Assembly (NCBI GenBank): GCA_011056645.1
Contig: DSEL01000184.1
Location: 7,699-71,698 of the forward strand
DNA from: Candidatus Sediminicultor quartus
GTDB taxonomy: Bacteria; Atribacterota; Phoenicimicrobiia; Phoenicimicrobiales; Phoenicimicrobiaceae
DNA: 64,000 bases
Direction: 5' to 3'
Of this stretch, positions 54,341 to 64,000 are shown one piece after another (within the stretch, counting starts at the first letter, position 1; every line of letters starts with the position of its first letter). A program made the position numbers and the translations under genes. The notes beneath the pieces were generated by a model that ran no database searches, was not told the DNA's origin, and saw nothing but the letters and a program-made list of their open reading frames with translations.

Positions 54341-54781
54341 TTGAAAATAAAAGAAGTTATGATCCCAGACCTAACTTCCGTATCGGCTAATACCCCGATA
54401 AAAGAAGCCGTAAAGATCATGAGCCAACAGCGTATGGTAGGGCTACCCGTTGTAGATAACGATCAAAATGTCATTGGAATAATTACGGAAAGCGATATTG
54501 CCAAAGCCTGTTTACCCGGCTATTATAAAGAATTGCAAAATCCGTCTTTTATCCCTGATTTTGATCAATTTTCCCGGCAAGCTAAAAAAATTGCTCATTT
54601 AGCGGTAAAAGAATTTATGACTACTATAGTCTATTCGGTAGAAGAAGATACCAGCAGGACGCAGGCAGCAGATCTGTTATTCAGAAAAGATCTGAGAATC
54701 GTCCCGGTAGTAAGAGCGGGAAAATTAGTAGGAATACTCACTCCCTCTTGTCTATGTAAATATGCTATGGAAGAAGGTTAG
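54341..54781 (+). CDS. CBS-domain pair protein
   Basis: Two CBS motifs (GLPVVDNDQNVIGIITESDI and RIVPVVRAGKLVGILT). Confidence 0.7.
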   Translation: MKIKEVMIPDLTSVSANTPIKEAVKIMSQQRMVGLPVVDNDQNVIGIITESDIAKACLPGYYKELQNPSFIPDFDQFSRQAKKIAHLAVKEFMTTIVYSVEEDTSRTQAADLLFRKDLRIVPVVRAGKLVGILTPSCLCKYAMEEG

Positions 54782-54800
54782 GTTGGGGAAGGAATAATAA

Positions 54801-56075
54801 ATGAATCAACCGCTTATAGCTTTAATAATATTCATATCTACGCTTATATTTGTTAGCCTGGAAAAGATTCAACGCACGGTAATTGCCCTAAGCGGAGCCC
54901 TTCTGTTTATACTATTAAAGATACTGACCCAAGAGGAGGCTTTTTTAGCAATAGATTTTAATACCATCGGCTTACTGACCGGTATGATGGTTATGGTCTC
55001 AATCATCAAAAGAACCGGGCTATTCCAATATCTGGCCATTAAAATATCTAAACTGGCTCACGGAAATATATTTTATCTCTTGTTTTTTCTAAGCATTATT
55101 ACCGGCGCTCTATCTTCCATACTGGATAATGTCACCACCATCATACTCATCGTCCCCATCACTTTGGCTATCTGTGAAAACTTAGAAATATCTCCCATGC
55201 CTTTGGTGATATCTGAAATATTTGCCTCTAATATAGGAGGAACTGCCACACTTATCGGGGACCCCCCTAATATAATAATAGGAAGTGCAGCCCATCTCTC
55301 CTTTATGGATTTTATTATAAATCTTGCTCCTTTTGTCGTGATGTTGTTAATTCTCCTGCCTTTCTTTGTCAGGCTATTTTACAAAAAGGAAATGTCACAA
55401 GATGTTAAGGAAGCCTGGGAAAAAGTAGAGAAATTCGATGAAAAGAAGGCAATTGAAGACCCCGTGTTATTAAAAAAATCTCTCCTGGTCTTTTTATTAA
55501 CGATATCGGTCTTTATCTTCCATCATAATCTGGGCTTAGAAGCTGCTACGGTAGCTTTGGCCGGAGCAACTCTCTTGCTTTTGGTCAGCAATATAGATCC
55601 GGCGGAAACTTTCCTGGAAGTAGAGTGGTCTACTCTCTTCTTTTTTATCGGACTTTTCATCGTAATAGCGGGTGTGGAAAAAGTGGGAATTATTCGCGAG
55701 TTGAGCAATATCATTGTCACTTTAACCAAAGGAAATCTTACTTTTACCACTTTGGCGGTTTTGTGGATTTCGGGAATCACCTGTTCTTTGGTTAATAATA
55801 TCTCTTATACTATCTCCATGGTTCCGGTCATTCATCATATCGGAACAGTTACTACCTTTAATCTCAACCCGGTCTGGTGGGCTTTATCCTTGGGTGCCTG
55901 CCTGGGAGGAAATGGAACCTTTATAGCAGCTGCCGCTAATTTAGTGGGAGTAAATATACTAAAAAGGCAAGGTCAGATAATAACCTTCAAAGACTTTTTT
56001 CAAATCGGCCTTCCGATTATGCTAATATCTATTATTCTATCTTCGGCCTATCTTTTTTTAAGGTATTTATGGTAA
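54801..56075 (+). CDS. ArsB/NhaD-superfamily anion permease (citrate/arsenite transporter-like)
   Basis: 424-aa polytopic membrane protein with an internal repeat, typical of the ArsB/NhaD fold. The ATGGTAA at 56068-56074 includes the TAA stop. Confidence 0.65.
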   Translation: MNQPLIALIIFISTLIFVSLEKIQRTVIALSGALLFILLKILTQEEAFLAIDFNTIGLLTGMMVMVSIIKRTGLFQYLAIKISKLAHGNIFYLLFFLSIITGALSSILDNVTTIILIVPITLAICENLEISPMPLVISEIFASNIGGTATLIGDPPNIIIGSAAHLSFMDFIINLAPFVVMLLILLPFFVRLFYKKEMSQDVKEAWEKVEKFDEKKAIEDPVLLKKSLLVFLLTISVFIFHHNLGLEAATVALAGATLLLLVSNIDPAETFLEVEWSTLFFFIGLFIVIAGVEKVGIIRELSNIIVTLTKGNLTFTTLAVLWISGITCSLVNNISYTISMVPVIHHIGTVTTFNLNPVWWALSLGACLGGNGTFIAAAANLVGVNILKRQGQIITFKDFFQIGLPIMLISIILSSAYLFLRYLW

Positions 56076-56712
56076 TCTCTTTTAATGAGCTGATAACCTC
56101 AACGCCTGCCTGGTCGGCAAGCCTCTCATAGTTTTGATGTCCGTTGGCAACCAGCAGACAATCACAGCCCATACATCTGGCAACATCGTAATCGTGGATA
56201 GTATCCCCTATCAAAAGTACCTCTTGAGGATGTAAATTTAGCTGGTCTATCCACTTTTTCCCTTTTTCGATTTTACTTTCGGCATAGTGGTTTTCTAAGC
56301 CTATTATCCTATCAAAATACTTATCTATGCCATAATGTTTAATTTTTTCTTTCAGGACGTCTTCTTTTGAAGCAGATAAAATTGATTGAGATATTCCTCT
56401 CTCCTTTATCTTTTTCAGCACCTCTTCTACTTCATCAAACAGTTCACACTTATTAAAACACCGGTAATATTCACTGATAAATTCATCACTAAGCCGCTCA
56501 AATGATTCCTGGGAAAAATCATAACCGAGCTTTAAATAATACTTTGTTACCGGGAAATCAAATATCTCCCTATATTTTTTTGAATCAATCCTGGGCAAAT
56601 GGCGTTTTTTTAACATCTTGTTCATTACTTCTACCGCTAACCATGCATCATTGATTAAGGTCCCGTTCCAGTCCCAGATAATATGTTTATAATTGCCTAT
56701 TTTTTTTATCAT
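56032..56712 (-). CDS. HAD-superfamily hydrolase (phosphoglycolate phosphatase/beta-phosphoglucomutase-like)
   Basis: Motif I (IIWDWNGTLIND), motif II (S/T) and motif IV (GDTIHDYDVARCMGCD). Start at 56712 with a GAGGGA RBS. The 3' end overlaps the convergent permease gene by 44 bp. Confidence 0.65.
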   Translation of the reverse strand: MIKKIGNYKHIIWDWNGTLINDAWLAVEVMNKMLKKRHLPRIDSKKYREIFDFPVTKYYLKLGYDFSQESFERLSDEFISEYYRCFNKCELFDEVEEVLKKIKERGISQSILSASKEDVLKEKIKHYGIDKYFDRIIGLENHYAESKIEKGKKWIDQLNLHPQEVLLIGDTIHDYDVARCMGCDCLLVANGHQNYERLADQAGVEVISSLKEITINTLKKDRPKIE

Positions 56713-56743
56713 CCATTCCCTCACTCAACAAATATTGTAGTAA

Positions 56744-57709
56744 TTAACACCTTAATGTCCCGTCTGGCATATATTTTAACCTTCTGGGTCTGTCTAAACA
56801 TCCGGCAAAACCATCAAATCCCTCTACTTTTATTTTCCATGTAAGAACTACATTATCCCCCTGCCTATCTTGAATAACCCTCGCAGTATAGGTTTGTGTT
56901 TTGGTATCAAGTAAAACTTCTGCGTGATCCAAGGGCCTAAATTTACTAAGAAGCGTCTTTGATTGATAATACAATGTTCCAGTCTGGGGAGTGAAAGGCA
57001 ATATTTCTTTTTTGTGTTTCTCAGAATAGGCAGCGGAATTTGTAGCGAATAAAAGATACCACCTTCCGTTTTTAAAGTGAAGGTCGGGTACTTCCATTTC
57101 GTAAAAATTACCGGTATCTGTTGCCGGACTCATTACCTCCCAAACCAACAAATCTTTAGATCTTGCTCTCGCAATACATCCTCTTCCATTATAATCCCCG
57201 TAATTAACTCTTGCACAGATAAAGGCATAATAGAATTTATCCTTTTTATTATAGACGATAAATGGATCCCTCCAATGTTCTATCCCTTTCTCTGACATAT
57301 CGGCTTTTTCATACCAATTTGGATGTGCTTCTATTACCGGATTATTCTCATATTTTTCCCAAACATACAGGTCCTCTGACATTGCAATTCCGATCCTCTG
57401 GATTTTTCCCGCCTCTCTTTTAGAACGAGAGGTATAAAACATATAATATTTATCGTCTTTTTTGATTACTGATCCCGTCCAGATTGAAGTGTCATCCCAA
57501 CTTCCCTCCGGACCTGCCTCAAGCACAATTCTATCTTCCTTCCACATTTCAAGGTCTTTTGAAACTGCATGACCAACAAAAGCAACCGAATGTCTGCTAT
57601 CCGGATTTTGTATGTTTCTTGGTGCCTGCAAATAATAGATATGATAAAGGTCTTTTTTTTTCACTAACCAAAAATCCCACATATAACTATTCGCTGGTGA
57701 ATAATTCAT
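56744..57709 (-). CDS. glycoside hydrolase family 32-like five-bladed beta-propeller (catalytic module only)
   Basis: N-terminal ...YMWDFW...YHIYYLQAP (GH32 block A-like with Asp), WRDP (the RDP motif) and EMEVPD (an EC-like acid/base motif). 321 aa, lacking the usual C-terminal beta-sandwich. Confidence 0.55.
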   Translation of the reverse strand: MNYSPANSYMWDFWLVKKKDLYHIYYLQAPRNIQNPDSRHSVAFVGHAVSKDLEMWKEDRIVLEAGPEGSWDDTSIWTGSVIKKDDKYYMFYTSRSKREAGKIQRIGIAMSEDLYVWEKYENNPVIEAHPNWYEKADMSEKGIEHWRDPFIVYNKKDKFYYAFICARVNYGDYNGRGCIARARSKDLLVWEVMSPATDTGNFYEMEVPDLHFKNGRWYLLFATNSAAYSEKHKKEILPFTPQTGTLYYQSKTLLSKFRPLDHAEVLLDTKTQTYTARVIQDRQGDNVVLTWKIKVEGFDGFAGCLDRPRRLKYMPDGTLRC

Positions 57710-57912
57710 TTTAATACTCCGTTCATCTCAAGTCTTCAGCTGATTTATCAGCTTCTTATATATTTTATAATATCTATTATACTAACAGATTATCCCCTAT
57801 ATTTTAAGACTTAAAATATAAATAATAAGAAAATCTGAGAAATTATTGGTATTAGATAAAAATTGTCATGAGATGTTTCTTCTTATATAGCAGTGGCAAA
57901 TACTGCTTACTG

Positions 57913-58800
57913 CTATCCTTTGATACCGCTGGAGGCTACCGAATGTATGAACCATTTTTGGAACAATAAGAAGATAATCAGTGAAGGAATAGTTACCATG
58001 GAGGCAAAAGCAAAGATGTCTCCCCATACTTTTGGATCCTGGCTAAAGAATTGCTGAATTGCTACAGGCAATGGTCGATATTCATAGCCACGAGTTACCA
58101 TAAGAGGCCAGAGAAAATCACCCCAGCGAAAAAGAAATTGTAAAGTGGCAACTGTAGCAAAAACCGGTTTTGACAAAGGAACAATAATTTTCCAATAAAC
58201 TTGAAAAGGACTGGCTCCATCTATTTTTGCTGCTTCGTCCAGACTTTTAGGCAAACCAACAAAAAATTGATAAAAAAGAAAAATGGAAAAAGCGTCAACA
58301 ATAAAAGGTACGATTTGAACCTGATAACTATCTAACCAACCGATTCGATTTACCATTAACAATAAAGGTATTACCACAGCTTCGGTGGGAATAATTATCA
58401 GGGCAATTATAAAAGAGAGGATAAATCCCCTGCCTCTAAAACGCAGCCGAGCAAGAGCGTAAGCAATCATGCTATTCAATATAAGTCCGGTAAGCACTGT
58501 ACTGCCCACAATAAAAACTGAATTAAACATAAAACGACCAAAAGGCATTTGTTTGAATACATCAAAGTAGTTTTTGAGTCCTAATTCTCCATAAGGAATA
58601 AAGGCTGATATACTGCTCATATCTCTTATAATCTGGGTCTCATTGTTTTTAATAGAACTCACGAACATAAAAACTATGGGGAATAAGAAGAATAAAGCAA
58701 TTAAAATCAATAATGCATAATTGAGGATTATAGAAAGGTTTTTACGGAATTTAAATGAAAATCTTTGAGACCTTTTTCCCCTAACCTCAACGCTTGCCAC
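57913..58800 (-). CDS. carbohydrate ABC transporter permease (MalG-like)
   Basis: EAA-loop region (LDEAAKIDGASPFQVYWKIIVP), six TM segments. Confidence 0.85.
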   Translation of the reverse strand: MASVEVRGKRSQRFSFKFRKNLSIILNYALLILIALFFLFPIVFMFVSSIKNNETQIIRDMSSISAFIPYGELGLKNYFDVFKQMPFGRFMFNSVFIVGSTVLTGLILNSMIAYALARLRFRGRGFILSFIIALIIIPTEAVVIPLLLMVNRIGWLDSYQVQIVPFIVDAFSIFLFYQFFVGLPKSLDEAAKIDGASPFQVYWKIIVPLSKPVFATVATLQFLFRWGDFLWPLMVTRGYEYRPLPVAIQQFFSQDPKVWGDIFAFASMVTIPSLIIFLLFQKWFIHSVASSGIKG

Positions 58801-58801
58801 T

Positions 58802-59749
58802 TTATGTCACCGCCCTTTCTTCCTTTAAATAAATTCTTTGTATCAATGAAACAGCCAGCACAATTAGAAAAAATAGTACTCCTATCGCTGAAGCATAACC
58901 AACGCGAAGCATTTTAAAGCCTTCCTCATATAAAAGCAAAATGATAGTTTTAGTAGCTCCCTGGGGACCTCCCATAGTCATGACCCAAACTTGAGTAAAT
59001 AACTTGAACGCCAAAATAGTAGTAGAAATGATTACAAAAATTGTAGTGTTACGTAATTGCGGGATGGTAATCTGCCAGAATTGTTGCCAGGTATTAGCTC
59101 CATCAACTCGTCCTGCTTCGTATAATTCATTAGGGATACCCTGTAAACCTGCCAAATAAATTACCATTTGAAAACCGACTCCCTGCCAAATAGATAATAT
59201 CATAATAGACGGTAGAGCCAAGGTAGTATCTTTTAACCAACTATAGGGTCCTAATTTTCCAAAACTAATAAAACTAATCATATGGTTAATCAAACCTTCT
59301 CCCGGATTATAGAAAAAATACCAAATAATAGACACTACCACCATAGTGGTAACTACCGGACTAAAATAAATAGTACGAAATAGATTGATAAAGCGAAGCT
59401 TTTGATTAACTAAAACAGCTAACACCAGGGCAAGGAAAGTTTGCAAAGGGACTACAAAAACAGCGAAAATAAAAGTATTAAGTAATGCCTGATGAAAGCT
59501 TGGACTATTAAATAATCTTAAAAAATTTCGAAACGCAATAAATTGAGTAGGTAAATTAGGATTAGTTATTAATCTTTGGTCTGTAAAGGATATTACAAAG
59601 GCTATAATAAAAGGAGTTACTAGAAAAAGAAGCAAAAAAGATAAGGGGAGAGCACAAAAAGACCAGGCTGCAAATGTTTCTCTTTTTTCTAATGAAGGTC
59701 TATTCATTTTAAATGCTTTTGTATTTGAATTGGCAGATTCACCTATCAT
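58802..59749 (-). CDS. carbohydrate ABC transporter permease (MalF-like)
   Basis: EAA loop (YEAGRVDGANTWQQFWQITIPQL). Confidence 0.85.
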   Translation of the reverse strand: MIGESANSNTKAFKMNRPSLEKRETFAAWSFCALPLSFLLLFLVTPFIIAFVISFTDQRLITNPNLPTQFIAFRNFLRLFNSPSFHQALLNTFIFAVFVVPLQTFLALVLAVLVNQKLRFINLFRTIYFSPVVTTMVVVSIIWYFFYNPGEGLINHMISFISFGKLGPYSWLKDTTLALPSIMILSIWQGVGFQMVIYLAGLQGIPNELYEAGRVDGANTWQQFWQITIPQLRNTTIFVIISTTILAFKLFTQVWVMTMGGPQGATKTIILLLYEEGFKMLRVGYASAIGVLFFLIVLAVSLIQRIYLKEERAVT

Positions 59750-59789
59750 TATTTTTATAACCCTTATAAAATAGAAGTCTAAAAGTTCT

Positions 59790-59827
59790 GTGTCTGCACT
59801 TTTTAATTACTTGAAAAGTGCAGACAC
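59790..59827 (-). promoter_or_regulatory. intra-operon stem-loop (14-bp perfect stem) after the sugar-binding-protein gene
   Basis: GTGTCTGCACTTTT-taattacttg-AAAAGTGCAGACAC, between the binding-protein stop (59838) and the permease start (59749). Confidence 0.55.
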
Positions 59828-59837
59828 ATGAGAACAT

Positions 59838-61127
59838 CTAATTTGTAATCGGATAGCCCCGATTATCTTTAATGTCTTGATCAATTTTTTGGACTGCTTT
59901 ATCTAACTCCGTCTTAACATCTGCACCATTAACTATATTTTGTACAGCCTCTGCAAATGCAGTAGTTATCGTCGGATAAGCCGGGGTTTCGGGTCTGGTA
60001 ATCCCAACTCCCCTATCCAGCTGTTCAACAAAAATTCTAAGTGGGCCATTTATTCCAAATAATTCTGACATAGCAAGGGCAGATTTACGAGCAGGAACAG
60101 CGCCATTAGCATTGGTCATGCGCAATATCTGTTCGGGCTCAATGAGATATTCCAGGAATTTCCAGGCAGCATCCGGGTTTTTGGCCTGAGAGGTTATCCC
60201 CCAATTCCAAGAACCTACACCGGTAGCAGCCCTATCACCAAGTTTAGGCACCGGAATAAGTACTAAATCATCGCCCAATCCTTCATGGTGGGGAGTCCAC
60301 ATCCAATGGCCAACAAAAGATAGAGCAGCAATTTTACTACCGTAGAAGTCGTCATCACCTGCAGGCTGAACTTTAGCATATCCTTTGTTGAATAAGCCTT
60401 GGAACCAAGTCATTGCTTCTACTGCTTTAGGGCTATTAAGGACACCATCTGCTGATTGGAAATCACTACGGTCAATTAAATCAGCACCCCAACTCTGAAT
60501 AATGGGCGAAAAACCATAAGTATACCATTCGCCTTGACCATAATTCATCTTAAAATCAATAGCATATTCCACCTCTTTTAGAGCCTGTAATTTTTCTAAA
60601 GCTTCATTAAATTCTTTCAAAGTCCAGGCATCTTTAATGCTTGTAGGAATACGTACTCCTGCCTTCTTTAAATAAGCTTTATTCCCCCAGATAGCTAAAC
60701 CGGAATCAAAAGTCCCTAGAGAATATAACTTTCCGCCAAAAGTGCCCTGCGCAATAATAGTAGGCAAGAAATCAGCTTTTAATTTGTTAGATACATAATT
60801 ATCTAAAGGAATGAGATGGCCAGCCCAGGCATAATTATAGAGAAAAGGACCATCAAAGTCCAGTAAGTCAGGAAGGTCGCCAGCTAAAGCGGCAGCGCTT
60901 ACCTGCTCATTAAAAGACCCTTCAGGAAGCCTAACAGCTTTTACTATTACTTGATTCTGCATAGCATTAAAATCTTCTACCTGGGCATCAAGGACTTCTC
61001 GTTCCTCTCCCTTACCAGAATGAAACCAAACTTCAATGGTTACTGGTTCAGCTAAGGCTGTTAGCGCAAAACTGGTTAAAAGCAATACGGTTAATAAAAT
61101 TAAAGTAAAGAACGATAATTTTTTCAT
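59838..61127 (-). CDS. carbohydrate ABC transporter substrate-binding protein (family 1)
   Basis: Signal peptide (LTVLLLTSFALTALA) and a binding-protein fold of about 400 aa. GGAGG RBS. Confidence 0.8.
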   Translation of the reverse strand: MKKLSFFTLILLTVLLLTSFALTALAEPVTIEVWFHSGKGEEREVLDAQVEDFNAMQNQVIVKAVRLPEGSFNEQVSAAALAGDLPDLLDFDGPFLYNYAWAGHLIPLDNYVSNKLKADFLPTIIAQGTFGGKLYSLGTFDSGLAIWGNKAYLKKAGVRIPTSIKDAWTLKEFNEALEKLQALKEVEYAIDFKMNYGQGEWYTYGFSPIIQSWGADLIDRSDFQSADGVLNSPKAVEAMTWFQGLFNKGYAKVQPAGDDDFYGSKIAALSFVGHWMWTPHHEGLGDDLVLIPVPKLGDRAATGVGSWNWGITSQAKNPDAAWKFLEYLIEPEQILRMTNANGAVPARKSALAMSELFGINGPLRIFVEQLDRGVGITRPETPAYPTITTAFAEAVQNIVNGADVKTELDKAVQKIDQDIKDNRGYPITN

Positions 61128-61241
61128 TTTTAAATTTCCTCCTTTTAATTAATTTACCTTATTTTGACTCTGAATAACTCGCTTTGTTTATCACCTCCTT
61201 TCGATGTGAATAATTAGCCTTTCGTAAAATTTTAGAAGCCT

Positions 61242-62276
61242 TTATTCACCATTTTCTCGACAAGATTTTCTTATGATTAATTCCGCATTTAGAATATGAT
61301 TTTCTTTTCGAGAATAATTTTTTATTTTATTTTGCATCTCTGCAATGAGTAATTCGGTGGCAAGTCTACCTATCTGCTTTGTTGGTTGTCTGATAGCAGT
61401 GATTGGAGGAGTATATAGTTTAAACCATTTAGAATCATCGAAGGATAAAATACCTATATTTTTTGGTACTTCATAGTGTAATTCTTTAATCGCTCTAAGA
61501 ACTTGATAACCTATATTATCATTCCCACATAAAATAGAATCTATTTCTTTGTTTTGGTATAGCCAACTCTTAATAATTTCCTTATTATCGCTGCCATTAT
61601 ATTGAATAAATTTTACATTAATCTTTTTTGAGGAATTATGCAGTTGAACAGCCAGTTTATAGCCCAATAGTCTTTGTTCCATGGTATATACATTTGCCTG
61701 ATAGGAAACAAAACCTACATTCATAAAACCATGAGAAAACAGATGGTTCATCGCTTTTTTGGTAATTTCTACATTATCTATGCCGACAAAATCTATGGGA
61801 AGTGAATCTATCTTCCTGTCTATTTGAATGGCCTGAATTTTATGGGGAATTATTGAATTATAAGCATTGGTAGAATTGTTGACAGGTGCAAATATTACAC
61901 CTTCAATTCCGTTTTGAAGAAGTATATTAATATATAATTGCTCTTTTAATGGGTCATCCTCTGAATCACATAATATTAGGCTATAACCTTCACCATAAGC
62001 AGTTAATTCAATTGCTTTGACTACCTCTGAGAAAAAGCTTTCTCTTATGTCCGAAATTATAACACCAATTACCCGTATCTTTTTTCCTCTTAATCCACGA
62101 GCAAATATATTAGGAGTATAGTTAAGTTTTTCAATTGCTTCCAGAACCCGATCGTTTGTCTCTTTATTAACGTTTCGGGTTTTATTGATAACGTGGGAAA
62201 CAGTGGATATCGAAACATGGGCACATTCCGCAACCGCTTTCATGTTTGATTTTTTTGAATCTTTAGGTAAAACCAT
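61242..62276 (-). CDS. LacI family transcriptional regulator
   Basis: HTH (MKAVAECAHVSISTVSHVINKTRNV) plus a periplasmic-binding-protein-like effector domain. The start is probably 62276 (AAGAG 8 nt upstream) or 62243, not the longest-ORF start at 62309. Confidence 0.75.
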   Translation of the reverse strand: MVLPKDSKKSNMKAVAECAHVSISTVSHVINKTRNVNKETNDRVLEAIEKLNYTPNIFARGLRGKKIRVIGVIISDIRESFFSEVVKAIELTAYGEGYSLILCDSEDDPLKEQLYINILLQNGIEGVIFAPVNNSTNAYNSIIPHKIQAIQIDRKIDSLPIDFVGIDNVEITKKAMNHLFSHGFMNVGFVSYQANVYTMEQRLLGYKLAVQLHNSSKKINVKFIQYNGSDNKEIIKSWLYQNKEIDSILCGNDNIGYQVLRAIKELHYEVPKNIGILSFDDSKWFKLYTPPITAIRQPTKQIGRLATELLIAEMQNKIKNYSRKENHILNAELIIRKSCRENGE

Positions 62277-62295
62277 GGTAAAACTCTTTTTTATA

Positions 62296-62307
62296 AATAT
62301 ATTGCGC
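62296..62307. promoter_or_regulatory. LacI-family operator-like half-palindrome (gcAAACGTTTtt) upstream of the lacI-like gene
   Basis: AAACGTTT core with a central CG, a signature of LacI/CcpA-type operators. About 25 nt upstream of the 62276 start. Confidence 0.3.
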
Positions 62308-62473
62308 AAACGTTTTTATATATTTCATTTTACCATTTTCAAAATTTGTTTGTCAAATGAAAACCAATAAACATTGATAAAACTAAAAAAGTTAATTAAT
62401 CCTCGTCGAAAGCAAGAGCTGGCATACATCGGAATAATAACCTTATGCACTATTGTACTGTCTCCTGGTGCAT

Positions 62474-63730
62474 TTATTTATAAATCATATCAAACAATCG
62501 GTCTGCTGTCTCCTGATCTAAATCTTTAAGAATTTTATATTCGTCCAGGGCAGCATTTTTGTCCCCTTGAACCAGATAAATCATCCCCAGACTATAGTGG
62601 GCGAAAGTATAATCCGGCTGAATCCGTATCACCTGTTTAAAGGATTCAATAGCTTTTTCATAATCCTCTAATTGGCTGTACGCCCATCCCAGGCCATAAT
62701 GAGCATCGACATCTTCCGGATTTTGTAATACTGCCTGCTTAAAAGTATCAACCGCTTCCTGATACTTTTCCAGCTCTCCGTAAGCCCAGCCTAAGTTGTA
62801 ATAAATATAAGTGTAATCAGGATTAATGCGAATAACTTCCTGATAAGCCTCGATGGTTTTTTCATAATTCCCTTTTTTATTATAGAGCCACCCCAGATAG
62901 AAAAAGGCATCGGCGTATTGGGGGTTCATTTGAGTTGCTTTTTTAAAACTTTCTATGGCGGCATCTTCATGATCTTCCATTTTCCGATAAATCATGCCCA
63001 CCTTGTAATAAATTTCATTGGCAGAATCGAGGAGAAAATTTGCAGCCTTTTCCAGATTTTCGACCGCTTCCGGATATTTTTCCAAGGCCTGATAATTTAT
63101 TCCCAAATGATAAAATGCTTTACCATAGTCTGTTTGAAAGTGTATAGCTTTTGTAAAACTATCAATTGACTTCTGGTATTCACCGATCTGTTCAAAGCTG
63201 ATCCCTAAACCATAATAAGTTTGAGCATCCTCGGGGTCAAGCAGTAAAGCCTGTTGAAAGGCATCAATCGCCTCATTATATCTTTCTAATTCATGGTATG
63301 CCAATCCCAGGCCATAATGAGCGCTGGCAAAATCAGGCTTGCTGCGAACCGCTTCTTTAAACGCTTCCAATGCCTCTTTATTTTTTTTAAGCTCCAGATA
63401 GGATAGCCCCAAGCCGTAATATGCTGAACTATAATCGGGTTTCAAACGGACAGCATTTTGATAATGGGTTATTGCTTTTTCGAACTGGCCAGTGGTTTGA
63501 AATATTTTTCCCATTTGGAAATAAGCTTCCGCTTGCCCCGGGTCTAACTCGATAATCTGCTGGAAATAAGTAAGTGCTTCTTGGACCTGTTTTTTATTTT
63601 CTAATAAATCAACACCCTGAAAATACAATTCTTCAATTGACTTTTCCTGACCAAAACCGCTGCTACTACCCAAAACTACAAAGATAATGATCAAGATCAA
63701 CGATACAAAAAATGCCCGTGAGTTCTTCAT
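62474..63730 (-). CDS. secreted TPR-repeat protein (at least 10 TPR units)
   Basis: Signal peptide followed by repeated 34-aa units (AxxYYxLGxxYxxxxxYxxAxxxFxxAL). Confidence 0.6.
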   Translation of the reverse strand: MKNSRAFFVSLILIIIFVVLGSSSGFGQEKSIEELYFQGVDLLENKKQVQEALTYFQQIIELDPGQAEAYFQMGKIFQTTGQFEKAITHYQNAVRLKPDYSSAYYGLGLSYLELKKNKEALEAFKEAVRSKPDFASAHYGLGLAYHELERYNEAIDAFQQALLLDPEDAQTYYGLGISFEQIGEYQKSIDSFTKAIHFQTDYGKAFYHLGINYQALEKYPEAVENLEKAANFLLDSANEIYYKVGMIYRKMEDHEDAAIESFKKATQMNPQYADAFFYLGWLYNKKGNYEKTIEAYQEVIRINPDYTYIYYNLGWAYGELEKYQEAVDTFKQAVLQNPEDVDAHYGLGWAYSQLEDYEKAIESFKQVIRIQPDYTFAHYSLGMIYLVQGDKNAALDEYKILKDLDQETADRLFDMIYK

Positions 63731-64000
63731 ACCCTACCTCCTGCCTGTATTATCTAATATTTTATTATATAAGACAGATCATCAACAACCGGTGTATTTT
63801 AATTGGCATTATTCTTTTAGGCCTTTTTTATTATAATATACTTTTACAATTTATTCATTATTTTAATTTCTTCCATGCTTTTATTAACATACTCAATTCT
63901 TTACTTTTTATTTTTCTCCTATTCATCAGTTTTTTTTGGCAAACTCGCTTTTTTCGGAAAGTCCCTTCAGCTCTCTCTTTTGCTTTAAATAACTTTCTAA

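Noticed and set aside
57878-57912. Hairpin-like AGCAGT...ACTGCT sequence after the sugar ABC permease gene as a terminator
   Set aside because: The stem is short and interrupted and no U-tract follows on the coding strand. Not convincing enough to annotate.
1-64000. CRISPR arrays, rRNA or complete tRNA genes, integrases or prophage genes
   Set aside because: I looked for regularly spaced direct repeats and for conserved rRNA/tRNA motifs and found none. The only mobile-element signal is the REP/RAYT system.

Overview
This is a 64 kb AT-rich segment (roughly 33-35% GC) with a rubredoxin/rubrerythrin/desulfoferrodoxin gene set, which points to a strictly anaerobic, low-GC bacterium. The taxon cannot be named from sequence alone. 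The window is densely coding, with about 55 genes. Most are transport and core metabolism: (1) a partial MMPL/RND exporter with a LolA-like protein, a secreted protein and a TetR regulator; (2) a potABCD-like ABC importer; (3) an FbpABC/AfuABC-like ABC importer operon ending in a choline/ethanolamine-kinase-family kinase; (4) a pentose-phosphate cluster with split transketolase, rpiB and a long transaldolase; (5) a GntR regulator next to a TRAP transporter (dctPQM); (6) a translationally coupled tldD-pmbA pair; (7) a DAK2/FakA-like protein; (8) addB-addA; (9) a molybdopterin oxidoreductase, nitroreductase and ybaK; (10) a heterodimeric ABC exporter; (11) an oxidative-stress operon (rrf2, desulfoferrodoxin, high-molecular-weight rubredoxin, flavodiiron protein, rubrerythrin, NifU-like); (12) a cluster of secreted hypothetical proteins; and (13) a sucrose/fructan-type locus with a LacI regulator, sugar ABC transporter, GH32-like hydrolase, HAD hydrolase and PfkB kinase. 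The most distinctive content is a REP/RAYT system (a REPtron). An IS200-like tyrosine (HUH) transposase gene, carrying an unusual C-terminal helix-turn-helix (HTH) extension, is bracketed by inverted copies of a 27-bp imperfect palindrome, TGATACAGAGAACCGTCCCCTGTATCA. Two further copies of this palindrome sit exactly at gene ends elsewhere in the window, two of them overlapping stop codons. A second short repeat family (GAATAGTYGTTAGT / GTTAGTGAAT) occurs at three loci. One locus is a roughly 260-bp MITE-like or sRNA-like intergenic element with inverted ends. Strong stem-loops follow every substrate-binding-protein gene of the four importer operons. No CRISPR array, rRNA or complete tRNA was seen.
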